Source: Lama guanicoe
Taxonomy: Eukaryota
NCBI GenBank assembly: GCA_013239625.1
Contig: MU056434.1
Coordinates: 496,001 to 560,000, forward strand
Length of the DNA stretch: 64,000 nt
Reading direction: 5' to 3'
A model generated the notes under the pieces. It was not told the DNA's origin. It ran no database searches and saw nothing but the letters and a program-made list of their open reading frames with translations. The translations under genes and the position numbers were made by a program. Positions 62,315-64,000 of this stretch are shown here, piece by piece. How positions within the stretch are numbered: the first letter of the stretch is position 1; each line of letters opens with the position of its first letter.

Positions 62315-64000
62315 GTCTGAGCTGCTGCCCGACCCGCCGGCCACCTCGTGATTGATGGGTAGAGGAACCAATGAACTCTGAGATGTCATCACTACATCCT
62401 CGCCCTCCTCCTCGAGACGCGCCAGTGAATAGGACGTCCGGGTTGGCAGCCAGTAACAGCCGAGGAAGGGCGGGGCCGGGGCGGTGTGGGCGGGGCGCGC
62501 CCCAGGGTCCGAAAGGCAGACCACGCTGCGTGGCTGTGTAGACCGCAGCCGTCCGCTCCGGCCACCTGGCATTCCGCTACACGTTCACGTCCAGTGGCCG
62601 TTTCTGACGGAACCACGCGGTTCAGGCAGGTTCTTTGCAGCAGCCTTACCAGGCCTTCTGCTCCAGGCAACCCCATTGTCACCAGACCCAGCAGCGGGGC
62701 CATCCCTGGTCCAAGCAGGGAGTGCGCCTCCAGGAACCGACAAGGAGTGGTTTCCCTGTAGACACAGCAGGTGCCGCTCAGGGCAGAGAACCCAGGGCCA
62801 GAGTCCCACGTGACACTCGAGCACAGAACGACACGGTAGCCCACGTGATCCCGCGGACAGAGACGGCTTGCCCACCCAGGAGGGCTCCCACCTCTGCCGG
62901 CGACCCCAGGACCCATTGAATGGAGGGTCTGTAGGTCCCAGCCGTGCTCATGCCTTCCAGAGTCACACCCACAGCCAGTGGTGTGGGCGTGGGCCACGGG
63001 GTTCAGCCCTGGCCATCAGGATGACCTTTGATGCTCACTCTGAGGACTCGTGGGTGAACCCTGGGGACGCATCCTGCATGGGGACGCCCTCTCCTGAGTG
63101 AGGGGAGCCCTATCCAAAGACGGACAGACCCCTTGGCCTACTATCACGAACAAGAGGAAACCCTGCTGGGCCCGACCACCCCCTCCCCAGGGGTCAAGAG
63201 CCTTGTTTCCCCCTACACTGTCTGGGAGAAGCCCCCCAGAGCCCTTTCTAAGGGCAGATGCAATGAGGGTTCCTGCAAGCAGGCCTTCCTCTGGTTGGGT
63301 CAGTGGCCCAAGTGTCAATCCCTGTTGGCATTTTATCAGACATTTGGAGGCAATTCAGGTTTTAGTCACTGCCTGTTTTTATTTGAAATTCTTGAATCAT
63401 AATTATTTTCAAGAAAGAAGAGATATTAGAAATTGAATTAACATGTCATATTATAGAAAGTGAAAATCTGAGGCTAAATTAACCCTAGTTAAAAAATAAA
63501 GGCAGGCCAGCAGAACTTTGGATACATTAACACTGGGAATGGGGGGTAGGGAAGGGGAAAGAAGAGAGCTTTAGCTTTCATTTATTCTAATGGTTACATT
63601 TGTGCTTCACCATGAAGTTGTTTTACAGAAGAACAGATTGATTAAGGGGCCAGTCATTTCTATATGAAATTGAAAAAAAATTGGAAATGTTTTCAGGTCA
63701 GGTTTTCCTGCTGAGGAATGACTTTTTAGGGGAAAAAAAATCAACATGTAAAATAAAAACAGAAACACCCTTCCTCAAATAAACTGTAGCCAGAGTAATG
63801 GGATAACCACTGCTTATGGAGCACTTATCTGTTTAAACCACTTTTTTCTAGGCCAAAGGCAAATGCTAAACTATGACCTGGGAAAAGAAAGGATATATGA
63901 AAAAAGAGAAAACACCACAAGTTAGAGTAATTCAATTCCCTTCGCAGGTTCTGGGCAGGAATTAGGAAACTGCTTCAGCAGTGGGCGTGTCCTGAGGGCC

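Larger units (their letters stand above)
61900..62620. promoter_or_regulatory. CpG island and promoter of C22orf39
   Basis: CpG-dense; CCAAT 62368-62372, ACTACA 62391-62396, GC boxes about 62468-62497. Confidence 0.75.

Noticed and set aside
63400-64000. Possible 3' end of UFD1, expected next by synteny
   Set aside because: No recognisable coding sequence; AT-rich intergenic or repeat debris
1-64000. CRISPR arrays, rRNA, tRNA, snoRNA, intact retroelement or viral ORFs
   Set aside because: None recognised by eye; a covariance-model search (Rfam/Infernal) would be needed to exclude small RNAs

Overview
Mammalian genomic DNA, GC-rich, from the region syntenic to human 22q11.2 (DiGeorge region). 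It holds three protein-coding genes. (1) HIRA, the H3.3 histone chaperone, on the minus strand: coding exon 1 at 54640-54676 down to exon 24 at about 5099. Exons 3 and 4 and the 5' part of exon 24 are not readable and are inferred to lie in N-gaps; the last exon is not in the window. (2) MRPL40 on the plus strand, 4 exons, 206 aa, head-to-head with HIRA across a CpG island. (3) C22orf39/PANTS on the minus strand, 3 exons, 105 aa. Introns carry old L1, L2, MaLR and MER20 relics. A cetartiodactyl-type L1 3' end, plus no recognisable Alu, Bov-A/BovB, PRE-1, CHR or SINEC elements, suggests a camelid (inference). Almost all long ORFs in the supplied track are GC-rich noise. Best observations: twin 5-codon uORFs (MARRR*, MARAR*) in frame with HIRA; a recursive-splice-site motif (CAG|GTAAGC) at the start of HIRA exon 18; N-gaps falling on coding exons, hinting at a HIRA retrocopy; an L1 relic rewritten to CpG-rich sequence; an open alternative frame in HIRA exon 2 compatible with a C22orf39-HIRA read-through; a candidate cassette/poison exon in HIRA intron 8; and an 85-bp duplication downstream of the C22orf39 stop. 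All comparisons with human or consensus sequences are from memory and need to be verified by alignment.
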